Shown one piece after another: positions 37,460 to 49,748 of a stretch of 64,000 bases of DNA; the first letter of the stretch is position 1, and the number at the start of each line of letters is the position of its first letter. The notes under the pieces were generated by a model. That model was given only the letters and a program-made list of their open reading frames with translations, searched no databases and had not been told where the DNA came from. The stretch lies in the NCBI RefSeq assembly GCF_964194025.1, contig NC_134475.1, forward strand, positions 15,066,001-15,130,000, read 5' to 3'. The stretch is from Convolutriloba macropyga. Its lineage: Eukaryota. Both the position numbers and the translations under genes were made by a program.

Positions 37460-40420
37460 AGTAATGTGCGTTCGCACATAAGGTTCCGACCCCGCATATC
37501 CACAAGTCTGGCTTAATTGTCGACCAAATGAGGAAGAGATAGAAAACTACAAAATTCTCACATATTGGTGCATGAATAAAAAAATTGCCTCTTACTCAAA
37601 TCACGTATTAAAGTAAATAAAGCCGCATTAGTGATCCAATTCGACTTGTCATTATTAGGACTACGAGACAAGACAAACAAAACAGATCAAATAAAAACAA
37701 AAAAAATTACATCCAAAACTCAATGTCTATTCTTTGAAACAAAAACTAAATAATAACAGAGTCAAAATAGTATCAAATAAAGCCTAAACTAAACAACCTA
37801 CATTATTTTTAATGGGAAAATATAAGGGACAAGTCCCTGATGCGACCCGGTAACAAGCAGACAAAAAAGAACAAAAAGGACGAAGCTACAAAAAATCTTT
37901 TTGTCTTCTCGAAAACAAAAACTTCAATGAAAGCCATTAGATAACAACTGAAATCTTTAAATAGGTTTATTTTCAATGAAAATTTTCTGTTAAGCTTTGC
38001 AAGTAAATGGCGTCAAAGCCGTTAAAACCGTAATCTAATCCATAAAACTTCTAATATAGTCAACTGCGCCTCCTTTGAAAACCAATAGTGAGATGTTTGA
38101 CCGCTGAATACTGAGACTGGGTAAAAGTTTTTAAAAAAAAACAAGAAAAAGGTAGAATTTTAAAAAATGTATTTATCTTAAATTTGAGAACAATTAACTT
38201 CAATATATTTTTTATTCAATAATAATAAAAAAAAATTAGATAGAAACTAAAACCAATGAATAGAGTTCTTAATTTTCGTATTAAGATCTGCCATTAATCA
38301 GAATATGTCAAACGTCTACAAAAAGAAGGAGAAATAGACAGAAATCAAAAACTAAACAATTATTCAGCAAAAGAACAAGCATTGAAGGCTTAAAAACAAT
38401 AGATATTGCACTAAAAACCTTAGACATGTTAAATTTTGTGTTCAAAACCAATAATTTGATGTGCAAGTTGTTATTAAGCAGATAAGGTAACATGTAACAT
38501 GTAGACAAAAACAGCATGGTTTCTCTTCTTCTTGCATAGCAAGCCACTAAGGACTGCAATTATGCAGTTTTTTTCGACTTTTTAAAAGAACGACAAACAA
38601 ATACAAAAAATCAGAAAACTATTCCTTCTCTTGTGAAAATCCGTTATCGAGGCCGTTAAAACAAAAACCGATGCTCAAAAAAAATTCCATATGTTCAATT
38701 GTGTCTTTCTTCATCACCAACAATTTGATATCCAGCCTGTGCTTTCTGAGAATAGGTATCGTGTAGGCAAAAAACTGCAAAATGTGAATTTAAAAAGACG
38801 TCTGTATACTTTTTTGATTTCAAAGTTATGAAAAACTCCAGCAACCAGCTGAAACCAAAATATAGGTTCCCTTGTTTATCCATAGGAAGATGCTAAGACC
38901 TGCAATCTACCAGAATTTGTCATAATACCATAAAAAGAACGACAAATAGCGACTAAAAACAAAAGAATTCCATTAAATTCTATTAGATGACTTGTAGACG
39001 AGTTGAAACTATAATCAATTAAAGAAAAAACATTTATTTAATTGTGCTTTCCTTTTACATGCCCAGAGGAAGACAACTGAATAGCCAATAGAGTGACAAG
39101 AGCGAAAAAAGAACTTGAATGATGGGAAAATGTCCAAAATTGTAAACCTTCTACGGAAACCTGTCCTATCAAAGCAGAAAAACCATCACTTAAGACAAAA
39201 AACCACATCAAGTATTAAAATTTATTCTATTAGAAACTGGTTTTGACCTCTTTCTGCTGACCTTAAGCTAGAAAATGACCAAAGAAAAGAAGAATGTCGC
39301 AAAGCTCAATAACTCATTGTTCAATTTAAAAATATGGATTTTTTAAAGTCAAAACGACCATAGGCTTTCGACTGAAAAACGAAATATGATTCCTTGAAAC
39401 TTCCTAGTAAGCCAGTGTGACCTGTCATTAATTTTTTTTCGTTTCAACTTTTCATTTCTGTATTTAATTTATTATAGGGAAAATTGCAAAATTGTTTTAA
39501 AAAAGATCGACGGATTACAATCAGATTTTTTTGCTTTAGGAAACAACGATTAGAGCCATTGTCGTCAGTCTAATGGGAGTAATTTGTTATTCCCATATTA
39601 TTTAATATGGAATACTGGACTGAAAATCAATACATCAAACATGAATGATGCATTTTGCATAATTAAAGAGTTAAATTAGCGCATAACCGGCAAACTTTAA
39701 TGCAAGTACATTTTCAAAGAATACACAATTAAGACTAGCTTGTTTTGAAGTCAACAAAAATTGTGTACGCAGCATTTAGGTGTGTTAGTGTGGTAAACTT
39801 GAACAAAGTGGACTACAGAAAACTTTTTCGAGCCATTTTTGATCTAAAAAAGGCTGAAATTGGAAAGTCTAGCAAAAATTTTATCTGAAAAATTTGATCA
39901 AACTGTTGAAAAACATTTTTTTTTTAGAGGTAGAACGAACAAACCAATCGTTACAATTTTTAACAAATTTTTAACAAATTTGGCAAAAATTGCATAAAAA
40001 TTGGAAAGTGTGATCAGAAACAACTAAAATCAGGCAAATGTTCACCAAGTGAATATTTTTTCTTTTTGGAAATAACAAAATTCAAAAAACTTTTTGTTTA
40101 TATTTTCAGTATATTCAGTCACATGGTTATTAACAATTTTAACAATTTTTTAGAAAAAGAATTCACTATTCAATATTTCACAATATTTTTAAAATCAAAT
40201 ATTCAATAATTTACTATTCACAAATATTGAAACCATTTTAATTCTCTTTAAAAAAAATTATAATCAAAGGAATATTTTTAATTCCTCATATCACACTGGA
40301 CACGTTTTAAATTGATACCATTCGCAACACTCGATAAATATGACGATCGACGAAAATTGACTGAACAAAAAAAAGGTTTGAGTATTTAGTTCCCCCCCCC
40401 CCCACTAAAATGGGTCGGAA
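37460..40420 (+). repeat. Long diverged dispersed repeat, copy B
   Basis: Start GTAATGTGCGTTCGCACATAAGG matches 409 and the reverse complement of ~53940-53968. Confidence 0.7.
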
Positions 40421-43400
40421 CAACTATTCAGCTTTTTTTACAAACTTCAAAAAATTAATCTGTTCATCGTTTTAGCACAATACCAGCTTCGATTTTCAAC
40501 CTAATGTTTGATTACTTTTCTGAGAGAAAACTAGAAAAACTTTAATCACTGAACGAGAAAGATTAATTGACTTATTTTTGCCAAATATAGCACAAAAAGA
40601 TTCATAAAAAGGTATGATGAAATTCAAGGAAGATAGGCAAAACTAAAATCTCTTTTTTAAATGAGTATTTCCAGATATTTTCAATTTGCTGCACCTTCAT
40701 AATCATAACAGTTGTTCATCAAAATTCAGAATTAACGCTGCGTTCTTTTTTGCTGAAAAATTAGAAACAAAACATGATTTACGGAAATTTTTTTGTAATA
40801 GAACTTCGATTTCTGAACACATCACATTTCTTTTCTTTGAACCTTGATACCCAATGACAAAACTTGAAGAAAAATTAAACTAAACGCTTGATAAAATATC
40901 CACTTTATTCTAAGTATTTAAAGATTACAAAAAGTTTTAAAATTTGAGAAAATTTACTTTACAATCTGTTCACTTCTGCTATATGCGTTTAAGTTCATTT
41001 AAAAGAACTGATTTTGGTTCTAAAAATTCAGTAATACAGCAAATAAATAACTTAAAAAACAGGCCCCAATTTAGAAAAAAACGTTACATCTACAAACTAT
41101 ATGCCAGAACAGTTTTTTAACTTTTTTGAAGAGAAAATTGGTAGATGTGACAAAGGTCCACTATTTTGTCGGCCAGTTCCACATGCAGAGTGGCCATTTA
41201 GAACTAAAATAGTACAACAGAAAACTAGTGACTAATAAGTGGGGCAGAAAATCGTATGTATAATAATTTTGGAGGAAAATAAAAAAGCCGAAGAGAAATA
41301 CGCTTGTAAGAGCTTTACAAAGTTAAGGTCTCACACTAAAGAGCAGACACTGGATTTAAATATAGATTACGTTTGTGACCCTTCAAACACCAAAACCGAG
41401 TTTTTTATCTAAAAAAAGAGAAAAAGTCGGTTATCCCCATTGAGTTTGCTTTAAAAAAGATATATAAAACATTCTGAAGGCTGAAAAATTAGAAAAGCTA
41501 ACTGATGAGTTAATTTATTCTGACCGTAACATATATTCATGCAGAATAAATCTAATTTTTAGTCCAACGTTTTAGATTGTTTGATTTTCATTTTATTTTT
41601 GCCAGAAGAAATTGTAAAAATAACAAAATCGAAGTAGAGTTTTAGAAAAGTGAAAAGTTTCAATATTTTGTATCTTGTTTTTTTTCGAAAAGCAAAAGGA
41701 TTTAAATAAGTTTATTCGAGAATTTTTTAGATGTTTCTCGAACTTCTGTACAGAATCTTTCTTATCTCTACGGACATTATAATATCTTTTTGATTTCTAT
41801 GAAAATTTTGAGTGTGCTTTTTTGATTTCTACAAAAACTGGAAATTTTCAAATCATGAATTGTCTAAATCTAAGCAGACTGAGGGTGTAAAAAGTAGAGA
41901 AAAACGACAAAGTAGTACTGCGACTGCAAACGTACGCCACAACTTTCACACTTGGAAATTGGCTAATGTTTCTAAAAAAAATTGTTGTTTCAAGTGTTTT
42001 TCAGGAATTCCCCTGTTCTATGTTTAAGAAAGAGTTATTGATCTACCCAACGTTTTAAAAGAAGGCACAATTGGCATAAAAATCTATGGTATTTTTGAGT
42101 TTTCAAACAATAAGAAACTAACTTAGGCGAAATCTTATTTCACATCCTAACCAAAATGCAATATCATCCATCTATTGTACTTGATTCTTAGCTGGAACGT
42201 AACACAAAAAAAATTTGAATCAAGATTGTTAAATGAGTTTTCCTGTAAACGTTTGCCACTCTGAGTCTTCTATTTTCTCTGAAAGATATTCTATAAAGAA
42301 CAAATCTGTGATCTGAGACAATTCTTAAAAAAATGAAAAAAAATTTAAGGCATTTTTCCCAAGACAAGAGAAGATAAGAAGAAATTGATAAGACCTCATC
42401 ACCTTATCACAAAAAAAAACAGTTAGAAAGGTTTTCTACAATTTTTTTTTCATGCATCTTTCCCAAGATATTGGTTCTACATCTCTCCAACAAAAATTGA
42501 CAAAATATGGCAAACACGTCAAAAATTGTGTGGTATTGAGTTCCTAAAATTTTTTTGAAAGATTGTAATATTTTTGTTCGTTTCATAATTATCTGATTAT
42601 CTATACTGAAATTTAAAATGATAATGACAGCTAACTACGAAGATTGGAAATCATAGAAAATTCTTCGCAAGCATACTATGTCATAAATGGTTCTTGGTAC
42701 ACATAGTAAGTAATTCATGATTTGCTAGAATTTTTTGCAATTGATTTTAAAATTTTTTTAAATCAAAGATACTAAGATCATAAAAGATTCTTGGTAAACA
42801 TATCCTCAATAAGATTTTAAAAAATAAAAAAAACATTGAAAACATTAAAATCACTTGTCGGAACACTTTCTTTGGACTTAATCAACAATAATAGAATTGT
42901 CACTAAACATAATTGTGTACTTGTATCACTCAATAGCCAAAAACTAAATCTAAAGACAAAATTTTTTGTTTTCAAATTAACAGTTTTTTTGTGTTAGCTG
43001 TGGTCCTTGAGGAAGAGCTACTTGTTCGAGAGAGCTACTTAGATTTTCATTGGTGACGCAATTGCACATCCAACTGTAAGAAAATTCATATAGATTGAAT
43101 TTTGGATTAATATATGTTGGCAAACATAGAGATTATTTATGGTTCTTACAATACATACAAAACTCATACATGATTCTTTTGAACCACAAAAAAGATCATA
43201 TATGATTCTTACTAATCTTTGCATTCCCGGACTTGAGTCGCAGAGCTTTTCAGTGCTGAACCAGCACATTTCAAGAGTAAAAACTTAATTCATTTCTGAA
43301 ACATTGTATCTCCAGATTATTTTAAGTTTCTTTATGTGCAGTATTTCTTCATTATGATTATATTGAGGCCATAAAGTTTGCTCAGGCTAACTTATCCTGC

Positions 43401-43544
43401 ATAGTCTGAAAATTACTCATACCCAAAATTAAGTCTGAGCAGAGTAATTTCATACATTTGTAGCTTATAACTAGTAATTACTCTAGTAGTATACACACAA
43501 TTTATATTTAATGTAGTTTGTCATCAATTAAAACAAAGCCTATT

Positions 43545-43620
43545 TAGCTCAGGGGTTACGACTTGCTACGCACATTAAATGTTACAAGTACGCATGCGGA
43601 AGTTCGAATCGCATATAACG
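43545..43620 (+). repeat. Possible tRNA-derived SINE head
   Basis: A-box-like TAGCTCAGGGG and B-box-like AGTTCGAATCG at Pol III spacing. Confidence 0.35.
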
Positions 43621-44009
43621 CAAACCTTGTTGGCGGGAGTTGAGCTGAACATATTATTTTTCATGAAGTAAATTTTGCTCAAAAATCAGGCTGGCCAGTG
43701 TAAATAGTGACATGAACAGAGTACTGGCCATCCTAAAAAACAGAATGTCTTTAGACTGATTCGGCACTGATTTGCTCTGCCACCAACCTCCGGGCTATCA
43801 TACCAAGAAATTCGGTATGTCGTATATGAAACCGTATTTTGTTTTGTACGAATAACAAAATTGTTCATCCGGTTATCTGTTGTGACTATCTTGTGCCCCA
43901 TGTTGTGCTGCAAATGTCGCAGTTTTTTTCGAGAACTATTTAGACCCAGTTTTGCTGTTTCCTGTGGCACATTAAGATAATTGTTGAATATTCGAGTTTC
44001 CTTGACCCT

Positions 44010-44054
44010 CCACACACATATACAAACACAAACACACACACACACACACACACA
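44010..44054. repeat. (CA)n microsatellite
   Basis: Seen directly. Confidence 0.9.
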
Positions 44055-45769
44055 CAAATTAGCTTGTACAGAAAATGAGAAGAAATGGAATTCAATTCAG
44101 CTTAAATCAGTATATGCATTAGGTTTACTTTTTTCGTTTGACTGTAAAAAATTGACTCTCAAGATAATGATTACTGTTTTCATTTTTCTATTGAATAAAA
44201 ATCAACTTAGCCTGAAACTGGGGAAAAATAGGAGTAACAATAGATTCTATTCCTTATTAGGGAAGTTCATAATGAGCAGACAGAGAACCAAAACAACCAG
44301 TTACAGCTCAAAAAACAATTAGCCCTAGACTAAGTTCTGCAAAAAAACAGCGAGACGACAATTAAAACAGAGAAAATGTGAATTTGGTCAGCAAAAAATT
44401 GAAGGTGACGGGTACGATAAGTAGTTAAATTACCGTGAAACAAATCTACTGTGAATAAAAAGATAATTATATTGATAATTAACTTGGTTAACGTGTCTAT
44501 TTTTATCAAAACAACACATCAACAGTTTAAATAATCAATTTTTATCCGTCAATTTCTTTTTCCACAAATGAAATGTATGTTCCTATTCTTCCCACTTTGG
44601 TCAGGTAAGAATAAAAATTCGTGACTGAAGATGAAGATTAGAACCACCATATAGACGCTTTTGAAAAATAGATTGTCATTTGTAGATTGTCACTTTGAAA
44701 AATAGATTTTCATAGATTAGTATAGGCTTGCTCTAGAAATAGTTTCAGCGGATTAATTACTAGTTGGAGTAGTGTAGCGCTTTCTCGTTTAAGTTACTCC
44801 GATTATAAATTGCTTTTTGCTTTCGAGCAAATTTTGAATCCGTTTTTGTGAATGTGTGTGCCTTTTTCCTGAAACATTTTTACCGCTTTCTTCCAGAATG
44901 TTACTCACTCGATTCAGACATTTGACTTCTCAATTTGTTGCTTCTTGTTCGAGAAATATTCGTCCGATTGTTGTTGGTCATATTAAGTTATTAACTTTCT
45001 GCTATTTTATTCTTTTTTCTATTGCTACTGCTCAGGTTTTTGCGTATTTTGTTTCCCCTGAGAAAAAAAAAGTGAGAACGCAAATAAGAATTTATCGCTA
45101 TAGATTAATTCTGATCTGCGCTAGTCTGGAACAAAACAGACAAATAGATAAATCGTTCATATTTGGTGCTTTTTGACTTTCAAGTTCAAAACTGAACAAA
45201 TTTTGTTAGTGTTATTTAATCTCAATCGCAGTTTTATTTGGTTTTTGACATAAGTGATTTTCTTTACGAAACATTTCAACAACACAACCTTACCGAAACT
45301 TTAATATGGTAAATAAGTAATAAAAGGACGATAAAATAAAAAAGGACTAAATATGTTGCTCTCTTTTTTGTTTCGAAACGGCAAAAACCAGGCAACATCG
45401 ATGATATCCTTACTGAAAGGAGGTATTTCGGAATCGAATTAGGTATAATTTTAGGTTTTATAATAAAATAATAATTATAAAACCTGCTCATTGGACGTAA
45501 ATCTAGGAATGAATAACTAACACTTAAAACGAATTGAGGTTGGATTGAATTTGGTTTTGAGTTACTATTTTTGCAATACATCTTGCAATAACTAAGGTTT
45601 CCTAAATTCCAAATCACTTGCTTTTCTGTTTCGTAATATGCAATGGAATTAATTATTCTAAAGTAGTTGAGAAGTTGACTAACGCAAAGACCGTTTGAGT
45701 TTGAGTATATGTTTTGCATCATCGTCGATTTAAGTTTGGCATTAAGGATCTCATAAAACAAATTTTCCA

Positions 45770-46100
45770 GAGCCAGAATCTCCATTTAAATATGAAAGAT
45801 GGTCTCCATGTCTGGCATTCAGTAATCTTCGTCACAGCTTTGACTTTTAAGCGAACATTGAGGTCCGCACATAGTCGCAGGTCTCCATTCTTTTTTCCCT
45901 TTTGGATATGCAATTGCAACCACACCAAGCTGCAACCGTTTCCAGATGCCCTGCCTGACTAATTGACCGAAGTTTCTCCCCAAACACTGTCTTATAGATA
46001 AAGGTGTATCATTTTGCCTACCAAAACATTGGTTGCACCTGTGCATTAGTTTCACATGGGCTTTGTATGTTTTGACTGCAGTCAATCCCTCCTCACATAC
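45770..46100 (-). mobile_element. Ty3/Gypsy pol (RT N-terminal) remnant
   Basis: KKNGDLRLCADLNV followed by a frameshifted EDY.MP-like motif. Decayed sequence may extend to ~46740. Confidence 0.65.
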
Positions 46101-47036
46101 TGCGTTTTTGAGTTCTTAGGGTAATATATTTCTGCCAAGTAGCCCAAAGTCTTTGCCACAGAGTGCAACTGCTATTGTTGTTCCCTAATCTTACTTCCGT
46201 TCTACTCAACATCAATAAAAAAATAAAATCATCACTTGATTACTATCATGGCCCCAGGACGTTTGATATGCCAATTCTAATGAGACATTAGAATCCTTGT
46301 CCAAAAGTAACTATCCCGATACTGACAGCGCATGCATCGACTTTATTTCCTATTTTACGGTCATTGATTGTATTTCACTCTTATGCTGATGACAGTTTAA
46401 CAATCTTTTCCAATGAACAAAACATTCTCACCTTCGCTTGGGACGATAATCGTCCAGAGGACTTGCCCTCATTCTCGGAGTATTTTTCACGTTGATCAAA
46501 CTAACTGATTTAGGCTTGAGTTTTCATCAATGCACATTTTCGCAAAGTTCTCCACTTTTTCAGAGGTGTTAATTTTTTGTTCAAAAATTGACACAGTTGC
46601 TGTACCTCAACATCTTTTGTACGGGTTGTCTTTGCCCATGTCTGATGCCAACTAATGACCTGCGACTGGTATTTTCACACGAGAGTTTTAATTGATCAAC
46701 TTCTGCTCGAAAGGGTTGCAGTTTTACGTTTTTTAGAACTCATGATGATTTATCTCCTGCGCGCAATAGACAATGATGTGAGTATCCCTAGTCTATGCCC
46801 AAAATTACGCAAAAAAACTATGAACGTCTAATAGGTGGTCGAGTTTAACTATAAATACGAGGTTCAGCTTTCTCAATTCGAGCTTAAGTCTTTTCAAGGG
46901 TCGAGATTGGTTTTTTCACAGTAATTTTACGGTCGAGCATAGTCTTCTCATAATACGAGACCAAAACTTGAGATAGTTTAATCAGATGTTACTTGTGATG
47001 GTCTGGGACCTCAAACTGGGTTGTTGTGATTTTCAG

Positions 47037-47284
47037 GTAGTATCAAACTTGTGACGATAATTAACAAAGTCAAGCGCGATTTCCCCTGGTGGATTGTCAT
47101 CGTCAGTCTTGTCTGCTCTATAGCTCTTCTGGCTGTCATAATCCTAATACTGGTCCAGAGTGGATTCCTCGTCAAACAGAACCCCAACTTAATCCGGATC
47201 GATCAAATTGAGGAAGACGAAGTAATTGATGACGAAGTTGAGATGACCTTGAACAAACACAACAGCATTGAAGAATTCGATTAA
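47037..47284 (+). CDS. Integrin alpha terminal exon (TM helix and cytoplasmic tail)
   Basis: Acceptor TTTTCAG|GT is phase 1. TM PWWIVIVSLVCSIALLAVIILIL is followed by QSGFLVK (GFFKR-equivalent), an acidic tail and TAA. Confidence 0.92.
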
Positions 47285-47526
47285 ACTGCCAATGAAATGA
47301 AATTTTGCATTCTGTTATCGTTAGTCCCACAAAGTTGCAAAGGTAGTGAGTTTCAAACATGCATATACAGGCGCTTTCTTGGGCCCAGGTTTTGCGGAGA
47401 TATAAAAAATTCGCGGTGAATCGCGGTCAAAATAAACATTTTTAAGCTCTGAGTTTGGGTAAAGTTCTTTAAGCTTTGCGGTTTTTTGATGTTCACTTAC
47501 TTCACAGGAAATTATAAAAAATCTCC

Positions 47527-47597
47527 TCCGTCACCAGTGATTGCACCTCTGACCTCGTGGGTAGCAGCCACAGCTTAATCCACAGAGCCACCAGCAA
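47527..47597 (-). repeat. Diverged copy of the tRNA-like unit, downstream of the integrin stop codon
   Basis: TGGCTCTGTGGATTAAG...ACGAGGTCAGAGGTGCAATCACTGGTGACGG aligns with 3181-3250. GCGGTGAA motifs lie nearby (47410-47430). Confidence 0.5.
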
Positions 47598-49558
47598 AAT
47601 TTTTACCGAATTTTGTATTTCTTTTTAATAGCTGCCCCAGTTTCTCAGCCGGCTATTATGGCGCTCCTATTTTTACGCCTCGAAGAGGAAAATTGGAGAA
47701 GTCCTTTTTTTAAATCAAATTTATTGGAGTGAATTTTTAAGCTGAACAAATTGAAGAGTGGAACGAAAGAGGGTTTTTTTGTTCATATCGCTGTTTTTTA
47801 GAGAGCGAGAAATTGAGGTGTGAAAAAAAAATTCTGTAAGTGAGCGAAATTTTTTGTTCACGTGCGGCATTTTAAAGCAGAATTGTTTTCATTTTTTGGT
47901 TAATAGGCTTGGTTATGATTTCGCTTTAATTTTAGGCTGGTCGTGGTAGTAGTTTTAAGGTTTCTGGAAAATCATAAATAATTTATGCTAATTCGAAAGT
48001 TTTTCATGTATTTTGCTGATTTTTCGCCTAATTTTTGCGATTTTTGACGATTGTTTTGTTTTACTGACTCATATGGGTACCAAAAAACCCTATTAATTGA
48101 GCAATTTTTAGATAACAAGTGGTGACAGTTTTGTGGATATGAAGCATTTTCTTGTTGAAAAATATGACTAAAAACGGCGAAAACTGAAGCTATCTTTCTT
48201 AATTTTTTTTCAGGTTTCCGTTTTTCTGTTTTTTAGACAAGTTTCTTAGCTTATTAAGAGTTGACTATTGTTTTGCGAGCAAATGGATACCCTATAGGCT
48301 GAAGTGAATTTTTTTTCGTTTTTATGTGCTTTTGTAATATTAAAAAAATTATTAACTTGTCTGGTTTTTCAGTCCACGTTGTTTATAAGAGCTTATTTTT
48401 TGCATGATTTCGCTTCAAGTAATTCTAGAAAATTCTCATAAGTGGTTTTAGTAGGTACTAGTTGTTTTGATGAAGTAATTGTGGCAGAGACAGTTGTTTC
48501 TGTATCTCAATTTATGAAAAAATTCTATCTGTTTTTTTATCATACTCTAGCAGATTTGATTTTCTTGTTTTTTTTTACTTTTTCGTCTTATCGTTTTATT
48601 TCAAGATAATCATAATTAGTGGAGGCACATTTATTCTGATCAGTAGTTGGATGGCGTTTAATTGTATTTCCACTTCGAGACGTTTCCGGAATTCTTCTTG
48701 CTATATTTTTTTTACTTCGTCGAATAAAAACTTTTCGCCTTAACTTAGTTCACAGCTTGTTAAACATGTAAAACTTTTTGACCTCTCTATGTTGGTTTCA
48801 TTGTTTTCTCATTCTGTTAAAATTGTTTTTAGACTGCAGTTGCTCAGAAAAGCAATTCCAAACTAACACCGTCAGTATCAAAAAACGAAATCAGAAAAAG
48901 AAAGGGTTTAAACCCATAAAGCCCAATTTTGTATGCCGGTTTTCCAAAATTTGTTCTTAGTTAACATCTGTAGGGCGTTTTTATGTTTTTATTGATACTA
49001 GCTTCTGTGTGGTCTCACTACGAAACAGTAGTTTGTTCAGCTCCAAAATGTCATCAAAATAGTTTGCACCTTAAAATTGTTTTTCTACAAAAGTCAGTTT
49101 TTTTTCAACGTTCTCTCTTCTTTCAACCCCAATCGTGGTTATGGTAATCAATGGTGGCTATTTTCCGGCAATCTGCCGGGTATGTTTACTTTTGAATCAA
49201 AGTTACTCCACTTTTTTGGAGTAAATACGTCTAACGTTAGTAACACTAACAATTTTTAGCAGCCAAATTTTTACGTTCATGTTTAACCGGCAAAAATAAA
49301 CATTTTTAACTGCAACTAACCGAAAGCCTTGAAAATAAAAAATAATGCTCTGCATTTGATTGTTTGATCGAATTGAAGGGACAATCTTGCACAGTATTGC
49401 AAATCATCAAATCATGGTAAACTTTTTTGGTCAATACACGACATTAAGAGATCTGCTATGATTTTATAGCTTTACAGATTTGTGGTTTCTAGAGGCGAAA
49501 AATTCTTGGACGGTTTTTAGCGTCATCATATCGACCCCAGTTGATTTTCATGTCAATA

Positions 49559-49748
49559 TAGTCGAACTGGGACGGTTATGTGGTAAGAATCTTATGAGAA
49601 CAACGGTTATCTGATAAGAATCTTGCAAGAATTACGGTTATCTGGTAAGACTCTTGTAAGAGCCCTTACAAGATGATGCATAATCATACAAGAGTCTTGC
49701 AAGAGTCTTACAAGATCCTAGCAGATAACCGTCCCAGTTTGACTAGGG
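49559..49748. mobile_element. Short MITE related to 30507-32233
   Basis: TIR TAGTCGAACTGGGACGGTTAT / ATAACCGTCCCAGTTTGACTAGGG and internal TCTTGCAAGA repeats. The left CCC is missing. Confidence 0.8.

Noticed and set aside
41502-41540. CTGATGAG hammerhead-like core
   Set aside because: No properly placed stem II and GAAA. Other CTGATGA hits I noticed also lacked the fold.
45276-45785. 169-aa minus-strand ORF
   Set aside because: AT-rich, non-ATG start, no recognisable motifs, and adjacent to a decayed Gypsy fragment.
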